DNA of 64,000 nucleotides from Desulfobacterales bacterium (GTDB lineage: Bacteria > Desulfobacterota > Desulfobacteria > Desulfobacterales > UBA2174): assembly GCA_963668645.2 (NCBI GenBank), contig CAXXWC010000021.1:288001-352000 (forward strand), in the 5' to 3' direction. Position numbers and translations under genes: made by a program. The notes beneath the pieces were generated by a model. It was given only the letters and a program-made list of their open reading frames with translations, had not been told where the DNA came from and made no database searches. Numbering within the stretch: the stretch's first letter is position 1; each line of letters begins with the position of its first letter. Shown here piece after piece: positions 1-9,017 of the stretch.

Positions 1-14
1 CCGCAAATGGCTTT

Positions 15-1172
15 TCAGGCGGGCCGCGCTCCTTTGAGCAATTGGCGCCCGATGATAATCCGATGGATTTCGGCCGTTCCCTCGAAGATGGTCAGGATCC
101 GCGCATCACGGCACATCCGTTCGACCACCTGCCCTCGCTTGTACGCGTCCTTGCCCATGATCTCCATGGCCCGGGCCACGATCCGGTTGACCATTTCAGA
201 GGCGAACAGTTTACACATGGCCACCTGCATGGTGACCGGCTCTTTACGATCCATGGCCGCGGCCGCAGTATAGATCATGTTGCGCGCCGCATAGATCTCG
301 GTGCCCATGTCGGCCAGGAGCCATTGGATCGACTGGCTGGCGGCCAGCGGCTTGCCGGACCTTTCGTGATTCTGGGCATATGCAATCGCCTCTTCCAGGA
401 TCCGCACTGCCATGCCCAGAGAAGTCGCGGCCACCGCCAGGCGGCCGTCGTCGACGGTTTTCATGGCGGTGGCAAATCCGCTGCCCAACTCGCCGATCAG
501 GTTTTCGGCCGGAACCGGGGTGTCCTTGAAGATCACCTCGCTCTTGTGCGATCCGCGCATCCCCATGGAATTGTGCACATGACCGATGGACAGGCCCGGG
601 GCTCCGCGTTCGACCACAAAGGCGCTGATCCCGCCCCTGGCTCCCTTTTGGGGATCAGTGACCGCGATGACCACGAAGATGTCGGCGATGGGGGCATTGG
701 TGATGAAATGCTTCATCCCGTTGATGATAAAACCGTCGGTGCCGGCCACCGCGGCGGTGGTAATAGAGGCGGCGTCCGATCCGGCGTTGGGCTCGGTGAG
801 CGAAAAGGCCGAGATCAGCTCGCCGGTGGCCAACCGCGGCAGGTATTTGTTCTTGAGCGGTTCGCTGCCGTCCAGGACGATGGACTTGGAGCCCAGGCCG
901 TTGTTGAGGCTGATGATGTCAAGAAAGGCAAAGTGCGTCTTGGCCAGCTCTTCTTCGACCATGCAAAATTCCAGCTTGCTCATTCCGCCGCCGCCGTAGG
1001 CCTTGGGAATCGTCAGACCGAAAAACCCCTTGGCCTTCATCTTGGCCAGCAGGTGGTCTGGAATCCGATTTTCCTCCTCGACCTGCACGGCAAACGGTTC
1101 TAGCTCGCTTTGCACGAAGCTGCGCACGGCCTCACGTGTTTTCTGGAACTGTTCGGGAATGGCAAAAAACAT
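15..1172 (-). CDS. Acyl-CoA dehydrogenase
   Basis: 385 aa; ACAD motifs FSLTEPNAGSDA, NGMKHFITNA, RDARILTIFEGTAEIHR. Confidence 0.93.
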   Translation of the reverse strand: MFFAIPEQFQKTREAVRSFVQSELEPFAVQVEEENRIPDHLLAKMKAKGFFGLTIPKAYGGGGMSKLEFCMVEEELAKTHFAFLDIISLNNGLGSKSIVLDGSEPLKNKYLPRLATGELISAFSLTEPNAGSDAASITTAAVAGTDGFIINGMKHFITNAPIADIFVVIAVTDPQKGARGGISAFVVERGAPGLSIGHVHNSMGMRGSHKSEVIFKDTPVPAENLIGELGSGFATAMKTVDDGRLAVAATSLGMAVRILEEAIAYAQNHERSGKPLAASQSIQWLLADMGTEIYAARNMIYTAAAAMDRKEPVTMQVAMCKLFASEMVNRIVARAMEIMGKDAYKRGQVVERMCRDARILTIFEGTAEIHRIIIGRQLLKGARPA

Positions 1173-1278
1173 TTGCGGAAGCCTCCTGATGGCGGAGCCC
1201 GTATCCTAGGGACAACAGGCTGACAAAATGGCGCTTCGCTCAAGCGTGCGCCGGGTCATGGCTTTGGAAATTTTGGAG

Positions 1279-1296
1279 TGTACATGTATATACATT
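1279..1296. promoter_or_regulatory. HutC-like operator upstream of the acyl-CoA dehydrogenase gene
   Basis: TGTACATGTATATACATT contains the palindrome TGTATATACA; near-identical copy at 2149-2166. Confidence 0.6.
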
Positions 1297-1424
1297 ACTG
1301 CATGGATTGATCCAATAACTGAAGTTCAAAATCATGTCAAGACCATAGCGGAGGCCTGTGCAAAAAATCTTGCGGGATAGGATCGTTACCATTTGAATTG
1401 TTTTCATATTTTTTCTCTAAAGGG

Positions 1425-2099
1425 TCACGCCACCGTCACAAGGCAAAAAAGGCTTGAACCGTCGACTTCTTGGATGCGGCACGGCCTGCCGACCCGATCC
1501 ATCAGGGATTTGAAGTCTTCCGGGGTGTGGGTGGTGGCTTGAAACCCGTCCCGGCAGACGATCTTTCCGTTGCCGGTGCGCTGGTGGTCGATTTCCCCCA
1601 GCAGGCCGTTGTCGGCCTGAATTTGAAACCAGTTCAACCGGTGGTCCCAGAACCGTCGGGCATAGGTGGAAAACAGGATCAGACCGCCGGGACGCGTCAC
1701 CCGTATTGCTTCTTGAATCAAAACCACCGGATCGACCTTGAAGGCCGAAAGCCCGTTTTGGATGCACAGCACCCTATCGAAGACGCCGTCGGCCAGTGCA
1801 AGGCGCCCGGCGTCCATCAATGCCAGATGCCATCCATTGCGGCCGGCCAATTCCCGGTGCCCTTCGAGAAGGCTTGCAAAGGCGTTGTCGACGCCCACCA
1901 CCTCAATTTGCGGGCCCAACAGTTCAGCGATGACCCGGCCATAGCCGCATCCCAGGTCAAGGACCCGCCCGCTGGCAGGAAGATTCCGGCGGACAAAATC
2001 GATCTCCGCGGCAAGGTACCGGCGCACCCGCGCAGGGGCAAGCTCGTAAACCCGCCGCAGTCTCTGAGCCGACAGGCACTGTGCATAGTAACGGTTCAT
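1425..2099 (-). CDS. Class I SAM-dependent methyltransferase
   Basis: Motif I VLDLGCGYG, VVGVD, FDRVL, RVTRPGG. Confidence 0.88.
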   Translation of the reverse strand: MNRYYAQCLSAQRLRRVYELAPARVRRYLAAEIDFVRRNLPASGRVLDLGCGYGRVIAELLGPQIEVVGVDNAFASLLEGHRELAGRNGWHLALMDAGRLALADGVFDRVLCIQNGLSAFKVDPVVLIQEAIRVTRPGGLILFSTYARRFWDHRLNWFQIQADNGLLGEIDHQRTGNGKIVCRDGFQATTHTPEDFKSLMDRVGRPCRIQEVDGSSLFCLVTVA

Positions 2100-2148
2100 G
2101 GCGGTTGAGGTCCGTGCGAAAGGTTGTTAGAATGGAGATATTTCTATA

Positions 2149-2166
2149 TGTACATGTCTATACATT
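2149..2166. promoter_or_regulatory. HutC-like operator upstream of hutH
   Basis: TGTACATGTCTATACATT, one mismatch to 1279-1296; lies in the divergent intergenic region before hutH. Confidence 0.65.
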
Positions 2167-2273
2167 TCGTGGACCAAAACTGTCAAGGGCTGTCGGGCAA
2201 CTTCGAATAGCAGGACCGCAATTTTTCGATGAACTCCAGCCGGAGGCAGATGCCCTCATAAAAAGGAGCACAA

Positions 2274-3806
2274 ATGAACGAGCAAATCCGCATCGGCAAG
2301 CAGGATCTGACCATGGAGGCACTGGCGGCCATCGCCCGGGACCGTCTGCCTGTAACCTTGACCCGGAACGCCTGCCAGCGCATCGAGGCGGCCCGCCGTC
2401 TCGTGGAACGCTGGGTTGACGAAGAACGCACCATCTACGGCATGACCACCGGATTCGGAGCTTTGAGCACGGTCACCATCTCCAGAGCCGACACCCGAAG
2501 CCTGCAGCGCAACATCCTGATGAGCCATGCCGCCGGGGTCGGCCCGGACCTGCCCGTGGATGTGGTCAGGGCCGTGATGGCCCTGCGCATCGCAGATCTG
2601 GCCAACGGCCACTCCGGAATCCGTCTCGAAACGGTTGATCGGCTCACGACGCTGCTCAACGCCGGGGTCCATCCGGTGATCCCGGCCCAGGGGTCTGTGG
2701 GTGCCAGCGGCGATCTGTGCCCCCTGGCCCACATGGCCCTGGCGCTCATCGGAATGGGCACGGTCGAGTACCGGGGCCAGCGCTTGGACAGCGTCGAGGT
2801 GCTGACCCGCTGCGGCCTGGCACCTTTGGAGCTTGAAGCGGGCGAAGGGCTGGCGCTGCTCAACGGCACCCAGGTCATGACGGCCGTGGCGGCCCTGGCG
2901 CTTTTGGACGCCCTTTGCCTGTCCCGGCTCACCGACATCGCCGCGGCCATGAGCCTCGAAGTGCTGATGGGCAGCCGCACTGAATTCGACGCGCGCATCC
3001 ACCGGGTCCGGCCCCATGCGGGCCAGGCCGCCGTGGCCGACAACATGCTGCGCCTGACCGCCGGCAGCCAGATCGTCTCATCACACAAGGACTGCTCGCG
3101 GGTGCAGGATGCCTACACCCTGCGCTGTTCACCCCAGGTCCACGGCGCCAGTCATGATGCGCTCCACTACGCCCGGCGCACCGTCGAGATCGAGATGAAC
3201 AGCAGCACCAACAATCCGCTGATCTTTGCCGAAGACGACGTTTTTCTGCTCGGTGGCAACTTCCACGGCCAGCCCGTGGCCCTGGCCTGCGACTTTGCCG
3301 CCATCGCCGTGGCGGAGCTGGCCAATATCAGCGAACGGCGCATCGAGAGGCTCGTCAACCCCCAGCTTTCCGGACTGCCGGCTTTTCTCGTCCGTGACGG
3401 CGGCCTGCACTCGGGATTCATGATCGCCCAGTACACCGCCGCGGCACTGGTTTCGGAAAACAAGGTCCTGGCCCATCCGGCCTCGGTCGACTCGATTCCC
3501 ACCTCGGCCAACAAGGAAGACCACGTGTCGATGGGCACCATAGCGGCACGCAAGCTGGCCGATATCGTGCGCAACGCCGAGTCGGTGGTGGCCATAGAAC
3601 TGCTCTGCGCGGCCCAAGCCCTGGATCTTTTCACCAACCTTCACCCCGGCGAAGGCACCGCCGCCGCCTACCGCGCCATCCGCACCGCGGTCCCCCCCCG
3701 CGAGGCGGACCGGCTCCTTGCGCCGGACATCGAAACGGTACGGACCTTGATGCGCAATGGGACCATCGCAAAAGCGGTGAGCGAAGCGGTCGGTCCGCTG
3801 CACTGA
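2274..3806 (+). CDS. hutH: Histidine ammonia-lyase
   Basis: MIO motif GSVGASGDL, IYGMTTGFG, HAL-type SH specificity pair (LMSHAAG), QDAYTLRC, GGNFHG; RBS AAGGAG. Confidence 0.95.
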   Translation: MNEQIRIGKQDLTMEALAAIARDRLPVTLTRNACQRIEAARRLVERWVDEERTIYGMTTGFGALSTVTISRADTRSLQRNILMSHAAGVGPDLPVDVVRAVMALRIADLANGHSGIRLETVDRLTTLLNAGVHPVIPAQGSVGASGDLCPLAHMALALIGMGTVEYRGQRLDSVEVLTRCGLAPLELEAGEGLALLNGTQVMTAVAALALLDALCLSRLTDIAAAMSLEVLMGSRTEFDARIHRVRPHAGQAAVADNMLRLTAGSQIVSSHKDCSRVQDAYTLRCSPQVHGASHDALHYARRTVEIEMNSSTNNPLIFAEDDVFLLGGNFHGQPVALACDFAAIAVAELANISERRIERLVNPQLSGLPAFLVRDGGLHSGFMIAQYTAAALVSENKVLAHPASVDSIPTSANKEDHVSMGTIAARKLADIVRNAESVVAIELLCAAQALDLFTNLHPGEGTAAAYRAIRTAVPPREADRLLAPDIETVRTLMRNGTIAKAVSEAVGPLH

Positions 3807-4020
3807 TGCACTACCGATGCGCCGTGGACAACGCTTTCTGGCTCTAAAGAGGGGAGAAATTCACACTTTTGGGGGATGGCATTCAGCGGCGGCTGTGTTA
3901 TTTTAACTAAGGGTGATTCAAATCGAGTCACCCTTGGCCCCGCCCCCCACCTGCTGGAATAATAGGGGTATTTCGGTCGGCAACTTCTGTACGACAGCGA
4001 ATGTATCAGACGATTGACCG

Positions 4021-5739
4021 ATGACAAGCATGAAAAAGCCTGCCCATCTTCTCAAGCTGATCGAAAAGGAAAAACTGGACCGGATCCTGCAGGCATTTAC
4101 CGAAGCCACCGGTGTGGCTTCGATCATCACAGAAACCGACGGCCGCCCGATTTCAAGGTCATTCAACTTCACCAATCTTTGTGAAAATTTCTGCCGCTCC
4201 ACCGAGGAGGGCCGCCGCCGCTGCTATGCGAGCGACAGACACGGCGGGGAACAATCCGCTCTGAAACAAAAATGCGTGATCTACCGCTGCCTCAACGCCG
4301 GCCTGATCGATGCGGCCACGCCCATCATCGTAGACAACTTCCATCTGGCCAACTTCCTCTTCGGCCAAATCCTCGACCACCCCCTCGACCGCAAGATGGC
4401 CATCGAAAGAGCCAATGCCGTCGGCATCGAAGATATCGACGGGTACCTGGCCGAATTGGACAAGGTGCCCTTGATGACCATCGAGCGCTTCCGCGCCGTT
4501 GGCAACCTGATGGAGATGGTCACCAAGACGATCAGCGAGTTGGCCTATCAGAAATACTACCTGATCAAACACTCCAGACGGAATCTGTACAAGCTGGTCA
4601 ACAGCGTCTCGGAATGTATCCTGGCCATAGACCAAAACGGTGTCATCACCATGGTTAACGAGGCGAGCCGGAGGGTCTTCGGCAACGGCAAAGACTCTCT
4701 GACCGGCCTTTACCTGACGGACTTTTTCGCCGACGCCCAGTCGGTGCAAAACTGCCGCCAATGCCTCACCGAAAACCTGGCAACCGGCAACCGCATCAAC
4801 GTCAATGCCGCCGGATCAGACGGCCGGATCCTGCCCATGCAGATGTCTCTTTCCGTTTTCGGTATGTCCGGCGATGCCCATACCGGTTATGTGGCCGTGC
4901 TGCGCGACATGTCCGAAGAACAAAAGCTCGAACGCATGCGCAACGATCTGGCGGTAATGCTCTCCCACGATATGGGCAATCCGGTTCTGTCCATCCAGAA
5001 GGCCATGCGCCTTCTGGCAAACGGCACCCTGGGTCCTTTGACCACCGATCAGCGTGAAGTGGCCGGACTGGCCTTGGAAACGAGCCGGCAACTCTACGGC
5101 ATGGCCACCGATTTTCTCGATATCTATCTTTATGAAAACCATCGCCTGGTGTTGCACAGAACCGAATTCGACTTTATGAAGATGCTCCACGAAATCGTGA
5201 GTCAAAATCAGCTGTTAGCCCGGGACAAAGGCATCACCATCGATATAACGTCGCAATGCTCCGCAATTGATGTCTATGCCGATCGCCACCGGCTCATGCG
5301 GGTTTGCGTCAACATTCTCGAAAATGCTTTGCAGTTTTCTCCTGAAAGCAAAAAGATCCGCATCCATGTCGAGCAGATGGACGGAGAAGAGATGATGCGC
5401 AGCTACCCGGAAATCCCTCAAGCCTGCCGCCGGATCTTCGCGCCCCAAGGCAGCTACCTGGCCTTTGCCGTCTCGGATGAGGGGTTAGGAATCGACGAAA
5501 AAAATCTCGAGCTTATTTTCGATAAGTTCTTTTCCACCAAATCCCGGGAAGCCACCGAATCCGGAAGAAAGGGGCTCGGTTTGGGGTTGGCGTTTTGCAA
5601 GCTTGTCGTCGAGTACCACGGCGGTGCCATATGGGCAAAATCGCCGCTTTACAAGGACACGGCTGCCAGTGCCCGAGGCTGCCAGATCGCGTTCTCGCTG
5701 CCTTTGTGCGACGCTCTGCAGTCGGTACCCGGCGGATAG
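4021..5739 (+). CDS. PocR-domain/PAS sensor histidine kinase
   Basis: N-terminal PocR ligand-binding domain (FC..RC..IYRCLNAGLIDAATPII..GQI), PAS, H-box LSHDMGNP, N/G1/F/G2 boxes; no obvious TM. Confidence 0.9.
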   Translation: MTSMKKPAHLLKLIEKEKLDRILQAFTEATGVASIITETDGRPISRSFNFTNLCENFCRSTEEGRRRCYASDRHGGEQSALKQKCVIYRCLNAGLIDAATPIIVDNFHLANFLFGQILDHPLDRKMAIERANAVGIEDIDGYLAELDKVPLMTIERFRAVGNLMEMVTKTISELAYQKYYLIKHSRRNLYKLVNSVSECILAIDQNGVITMVNEASRRVFGNGKDSLTGLYLTDFFADAQSVQNCRQCLTENLATGNRINVNAAGSDGRILPMQMSLSVFGMSGDAHTGYVAVLRDMSEEQKLERMRNDLAVMLSHDMGNPVLSIQKAMRLLANGTLGPLTTDQREVAGLALETSRQLYGMATDFLDIYLYENHRLVLHRTEFDFMKMLHEIVSQNQLLARDKGITIDITSQCSAIDVYADRHRLMRVCVNILENALQFSPESKKIRIHVEQMDGEEMMRSYPEIPQACRRIFAPQGSYLAFAVSDEGLGIDEKNLELIFDKFFSTKSREATESGRKGLGLGLAFCKLVVEYHGGAIWAKSPLYKDTAASARGCQIAFSLPLCDALQSVPGG

Positions 5740-5751
5740 CCAGAAAGGCGG

Positions 5752-6444
5752 TTGACCATGCAGGGGATAGCCCGTCATGAGTCTGTCGAAGAGTCCATTC
5801 GCGTTTTTCTGGTCGACGACCATCCGTTGCTGAGAATCGGTTTGCGCCATAGCCTGAACAGCAACCGCGGGATCACCGTGGTCAGCGAAGCGGACAACGG
5901 CTTCAAAGCGGTTCAGGGTATCATGGATTGCTCTCCGGATGTGGTCCTGATGGATGTGGACATGCCGGGCCTTTCAGGCATCGAAGCGACCCGTTTGCTG
6001 CGCACCGAATTTCCGGGGATGATCATCCTGGTGCTTTCCAACTACAGAGATGAAAAATACATCGTCGGCGCCATGGACGCCGGAGCCAACGGTTACATCT
6101 CCAAGACCATTGACGTGGAAGAGCTGGTCGGCATGATCCGGTGTTTCCATCATAACGAGGCGGCCGTCTCCCCCTATCTGATCAATCTGTCCACCGGCCG
6201 CTGCGCGAGCCGGCACAGCGCCGGAAGCGCCTCCAACGCCGCCAGCCAGCAGGATCTGACCGGCCGGGAACGGCAGGTGCTGCGCTGCATCGCCGAAGGC
6301 AAAACAAACAAGGACATCTCGAACCAACTTTTTATCAGCGTCGAAACGGTAAAAAGTCATACGAAGAGTATTTTTCGCAAACTGGAGGCCAAAACCCGAA
6401 TCGAGGCCGCTCGCAAGGCCAGTCAGATGGGAATCCTGACCTGA
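5752..6444 (+). CDS. NarL/LuxR-family response regulator
   Basis: REC (LVDDHP, DVVLMD) plus LuxR HTH (LTGRERQVL...NKDIS..LFISVETVKSH). Confidence 0.93.
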   Translation: MTMQGIARHESVEESIRVFLVDDHPLLRIGLRHSLNSNRGITVVSEADNGFKAVQGIMDCSPDVVLMDVDMPGLSGIEATRLLRTEFPGMIILVLSNYRDEKYIVGAMDAGANGYISKTIDVEELVGMIRCFHHNEAAVSPYLINLSTGRCASRHSAGSASNAASQQDLTGRERQVLRCIAEGKTNKDISNQLFISVETVKSHTKSIFRKLEAKTRIEAARKASQMGILT

Positions 6445-6489
6445 GACCGGTCCCGGGTGAACAAAAACCGCTGAACGCATACATATAGA

Positions 6490-6657
6490 CTGCCCTGGCG
6501 CTGCCCTCAGCTTAATAGGGAACCCCGTGAAAATCGGGGGCGGGCCCGCCGCTGTGATCGGGGACGAAAGCCGCAAAAACGCCACTTTCCGTCTGCACTA
6601 AGGAGGGGAAGGCGCGGCCGGTAGAATGATCCGAGAGCCAGAAGACCTGCCGGGCAG
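6490..6657 (+). ncRNA. Cobalamin riboswitch
   Basis: AATAGGGAA..CCGTGAAAATCGG..CCCGCCGCTGTGA, GCCACT..GGGAAGG, B12 box GAGCCAGAAGACCTGCC; P1 CTGCCC/GGGCAG. Confidence 0.92.
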
Positions 6658-6721
6658 AATATGCCGCCTCCGAGGTGCACAGGCGCGCAGATGAGCAATT
6701 CTGGGATGACAACGGGAGATC

Positions 6722-6753
6722 CCGAGCTCTTTTATCGAGCTCGGTTTTTTTTT
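6722..6753 (+). terminator. Intrinsic terminator (riboswitch expression platform)
   Basis: Perfect 8-bp stem CCGAGCTC-ttttatc-GAGCTCGG followed by T9. Confidence 0.88.
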
Positions 6754-6800
6754 GGGGAAGCAAGGTGCCCGTGATCGCAATATTGGAAAGGAAACCCACT

Positions 6801-7178
6801 ATGAGAATACTCGTGGCGGATGAAGACCCTCTGTTCCGCGCGCTGTTGCGGATCGATCTTCGCAAGATGCACTCTCTTTACGTCCGCGAGGCCTGCGACG
6901 GCATCAGCGCCCTGCAAAAGGCCCGACTGTTCAATCCGGATCTGGTCATCGTCGATGCCCAGTTGAATCTGATTTCAGGCGCACAATTCATCGACGCACT
7001 GGACAGGGAGATCGGCATGCGTTTTATCGCCGTTGTCCTTTCCCCCTGCCCGCCGACCACTCAGAAGCCACTTTGGATCAAGGAAAACCGCCTGATCATC
7101 CCCAGGCATGGTTTGTGGTTTTTCTTGCCGGACATCATCCGGGGGATTGACCTGTTTTGCTCGTTGGCAAAGAACTGA
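6801..7178 (+). CDS. Stand-alone, atypical receiver-domain protein
   Basis: MRILVADED..DG..AL..PDLVIVD..SG..VVLS; no output domain; RBS AAGGA; ATG at 6801 preferred over track start 6675. Confidence 0.75.
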   Translation: MRILVADEDPLFRALLRIDLRKMHSLYVREACDGISALQKARLFNPDLVIVDAQLNLISGAQFIDALDREIGMRFIAVVLSPCPPTTQKPLWIKENRLIIPRHGLWFFLPDIIRGIDLFCSLAKN

Positions 7179-7445
7179 CAGCCCGGTTCAACGCAGCGCT
7201 ACTTCATCCTGCACCGGTCAGCCGGCATGCCTAGACGCCTCCCCCTCCCCCCAATAACCCCTCCAAAGTGTGGCCCGTTTTCCTCCTTGTGAGCGATTGT
7301 TTATCCGGCCCTGATCTGTGAAAGTAGCTACCAGACGCGCGTAGACATAGCAGGGTGGCGCACAGCCACAATACATCCCGGACAGGTGTGGTCTCTGGAT
7401 GCTTTCCATCGGCGCCATCCATCCTTCGAAAGACAGGAGATTCCG

Positions 7446-8558
7446 ATGAGTCGAATGCTGCTCGCGCCAGGCCGCTATATCCAAGGCGCCGGTGCTATCT
7501 GCGAAATCGGCAGCCATGCCGAAAAACTCGGCACCAAAGCCCTTCTTTGCGGCGGGAATACCGCCTTGGAGATTTGTGGTGCGGCCATCGAAACCAGTCT
7601 GGCCGATGCCGGCCTCGCGTGCCACCGCGCCGTTTTCGGCGGGCAATGCTGCGATCCTGAAATCGACCGCCTCTCGGCCATGGCCCGTGACAACGGCTGT
7701 AACCTGATCATCGCCGCCGGTGGGGGCAAAATCATCGATACGGGCAAGGCGGTGGCCCATGCCATCGGTGCACCGGTCATGATCGTACCGACCATCGCTG
7801 CCACCGACGCCCCCTGCTCTGCCCTTGCGGTGGTTTACACCCCGGAGGGAATTTTTGACCGTTACCTCGTTTTGCCCGCCAACCCAAGTTGCGTACTGGT
7901 CGACACTGCCATCATCGCCCAGGCGCCGGCCCGCTTCCTGGTCGCCGGCATGGGCGACGCCCTGGCCACCTTCTGGGAGGCCGATACCTGCGCCACAAGC
8001 GCCAAGCCCAATGCCCTGACCGGGGCTACCCCCCCGAGCCTGTCGGCCATTTGCCTGGCCCGGCTCTGCTACGACATTTTGCTGGAACATGGCCTGATGG
8101 CCAAACTGGCCGTGGAGCGCACGGTCGTCACGCCGGCCCTCGAAGCCGTGGTCGAAGCCAACACGCTGCTCAGCGGTCTCGGCTTCGAGAGCGGCGGGCT
8201 GGCCGGCGCCCATTCGGTCCACAACGGCCTGACCGTCCTGGAACAGTGCCACGACCGGCTCCACGGCGAAAAGGTCGCCTTCGGGGTGCTGGTCCAACTC
8301 GTTCTCGAGGGGCGTTCCCGCCAGGATATCGACACCGTCGCCGAATTTTGCCTCAGCGTCGGCCTGCCGCTCTGCCTTGGGGAGCTCGGCATCACCCAAC
8401 CGACAGCGCAGCAGATCCAGGCGGTGGCCAGTGCTTGCTGCGCTGCGGGCGAAACCATCCATGCCACCGCTTTTACGGTCACCGCCGATGCGGTAGCGGC
8501 AGCCATCTGGGCGGCCGATGCCATCGGCCGTCATTACAAGCAGGCGCGCTGTGGTTGA
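7446..8558 (+). CDS. gldA: Glycerol dehydrogenase
   Basis: PGRYIQG, GGGKIIDTGK, PTIAATDAPCSAL, GFESGGLAGAHSVHNG, HGEKVAFG; RBS AGGAG. Confidence 0.92.
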   Translation: MSRMLLAPGRYIQGAGAICEIGSHAEKLGTKALLCGGNTALEICGAAIETSLADAGLACHRAVFGGQCCDPEIDRLSAMARDNGCNLIIAAGGGKIIDTGKAVAHAIGAPVMIVPTIAATDAPCSALAVVYTPEGIFDRYLVLPANPSCVLVDTAIIAQAPARFLVAGMGDALATFWEADTCATSAKPNALTGATPPSLSAICLARLCYDILLEHGLMAKLAVERTVVTPALEAVVEANTLLSGLGFESGGLAGAHSVHNGLTVLEQCHDRLHGEKVAFGVLVQLVLEGRSRQDIDTVAEFCLSVGLPLCLGELGITQPTAQQIQAVASACCAAGETIHATAFTVTADAVAAAIWAADAIGRHYKQARCG

Positions 8559-8677
8559 AGCCGCAGCGCGCCGGAACCCCAATGGCAACCGAACCGCGCG
8601 CCGGTTGCCGGACAAATTGCCCGTTGCCTGCGCAGGCGGATATTTAACCTTCACAATTTCACGAAAGGATCAGGTCC

Positions 8678-8962
8678 ATGATTAAAGAAGCGTTAGGGAT
8701 GATCGAAACCCGGGGACTCGTGGGCGGCATCGAAGCGGCTGACGCCATGGTCAAAGCCGCCAACGTGGTGCTCATCGGCCAACGGCAGATCGGTGCCGGA
8801 CTGGTCACGACGATGGTCCGCGGCGACGTCGGTGCGGTCAAGGCCGCCACCGACGCAGGTGCGGCCGCGGCAGAAAAGGTGGGCGAGGTGGTGTCGGTGC
8901 ACGTCATCCCCAGACCCCATCAGGATGTGGAGATGATCTTGCCGGAAAGAAAGTCCGAGTAG
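8678..8962 (+). CDS. pduA: BMC-H shell protein, PduA/PduJ/EutM type
   Basis: [38 protein letters not shown]. Confidence 0.93.
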   Translation: MIKEALGMIETRGLVGGIEAADAMVKAANVVLIGQRQIGAGLVTTMVRGDVGAVKAATDAGAAAAEKVGEVVSVHVIPRPHQDVEMILPERKSE

Positions 8963-9017
8963 CCAAGGGGCAGGACCAACCAACACCGTCCGAAATCGAT
9001 CGCTAAGGAGTGGCTCA

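Noticed and set aside
7180..7445. Sigma54 promoter for gldA-pdu
   Set aside because: TGGC hits lack a correctly spaced TTGC, and the adjacent regulator is NarL-type.
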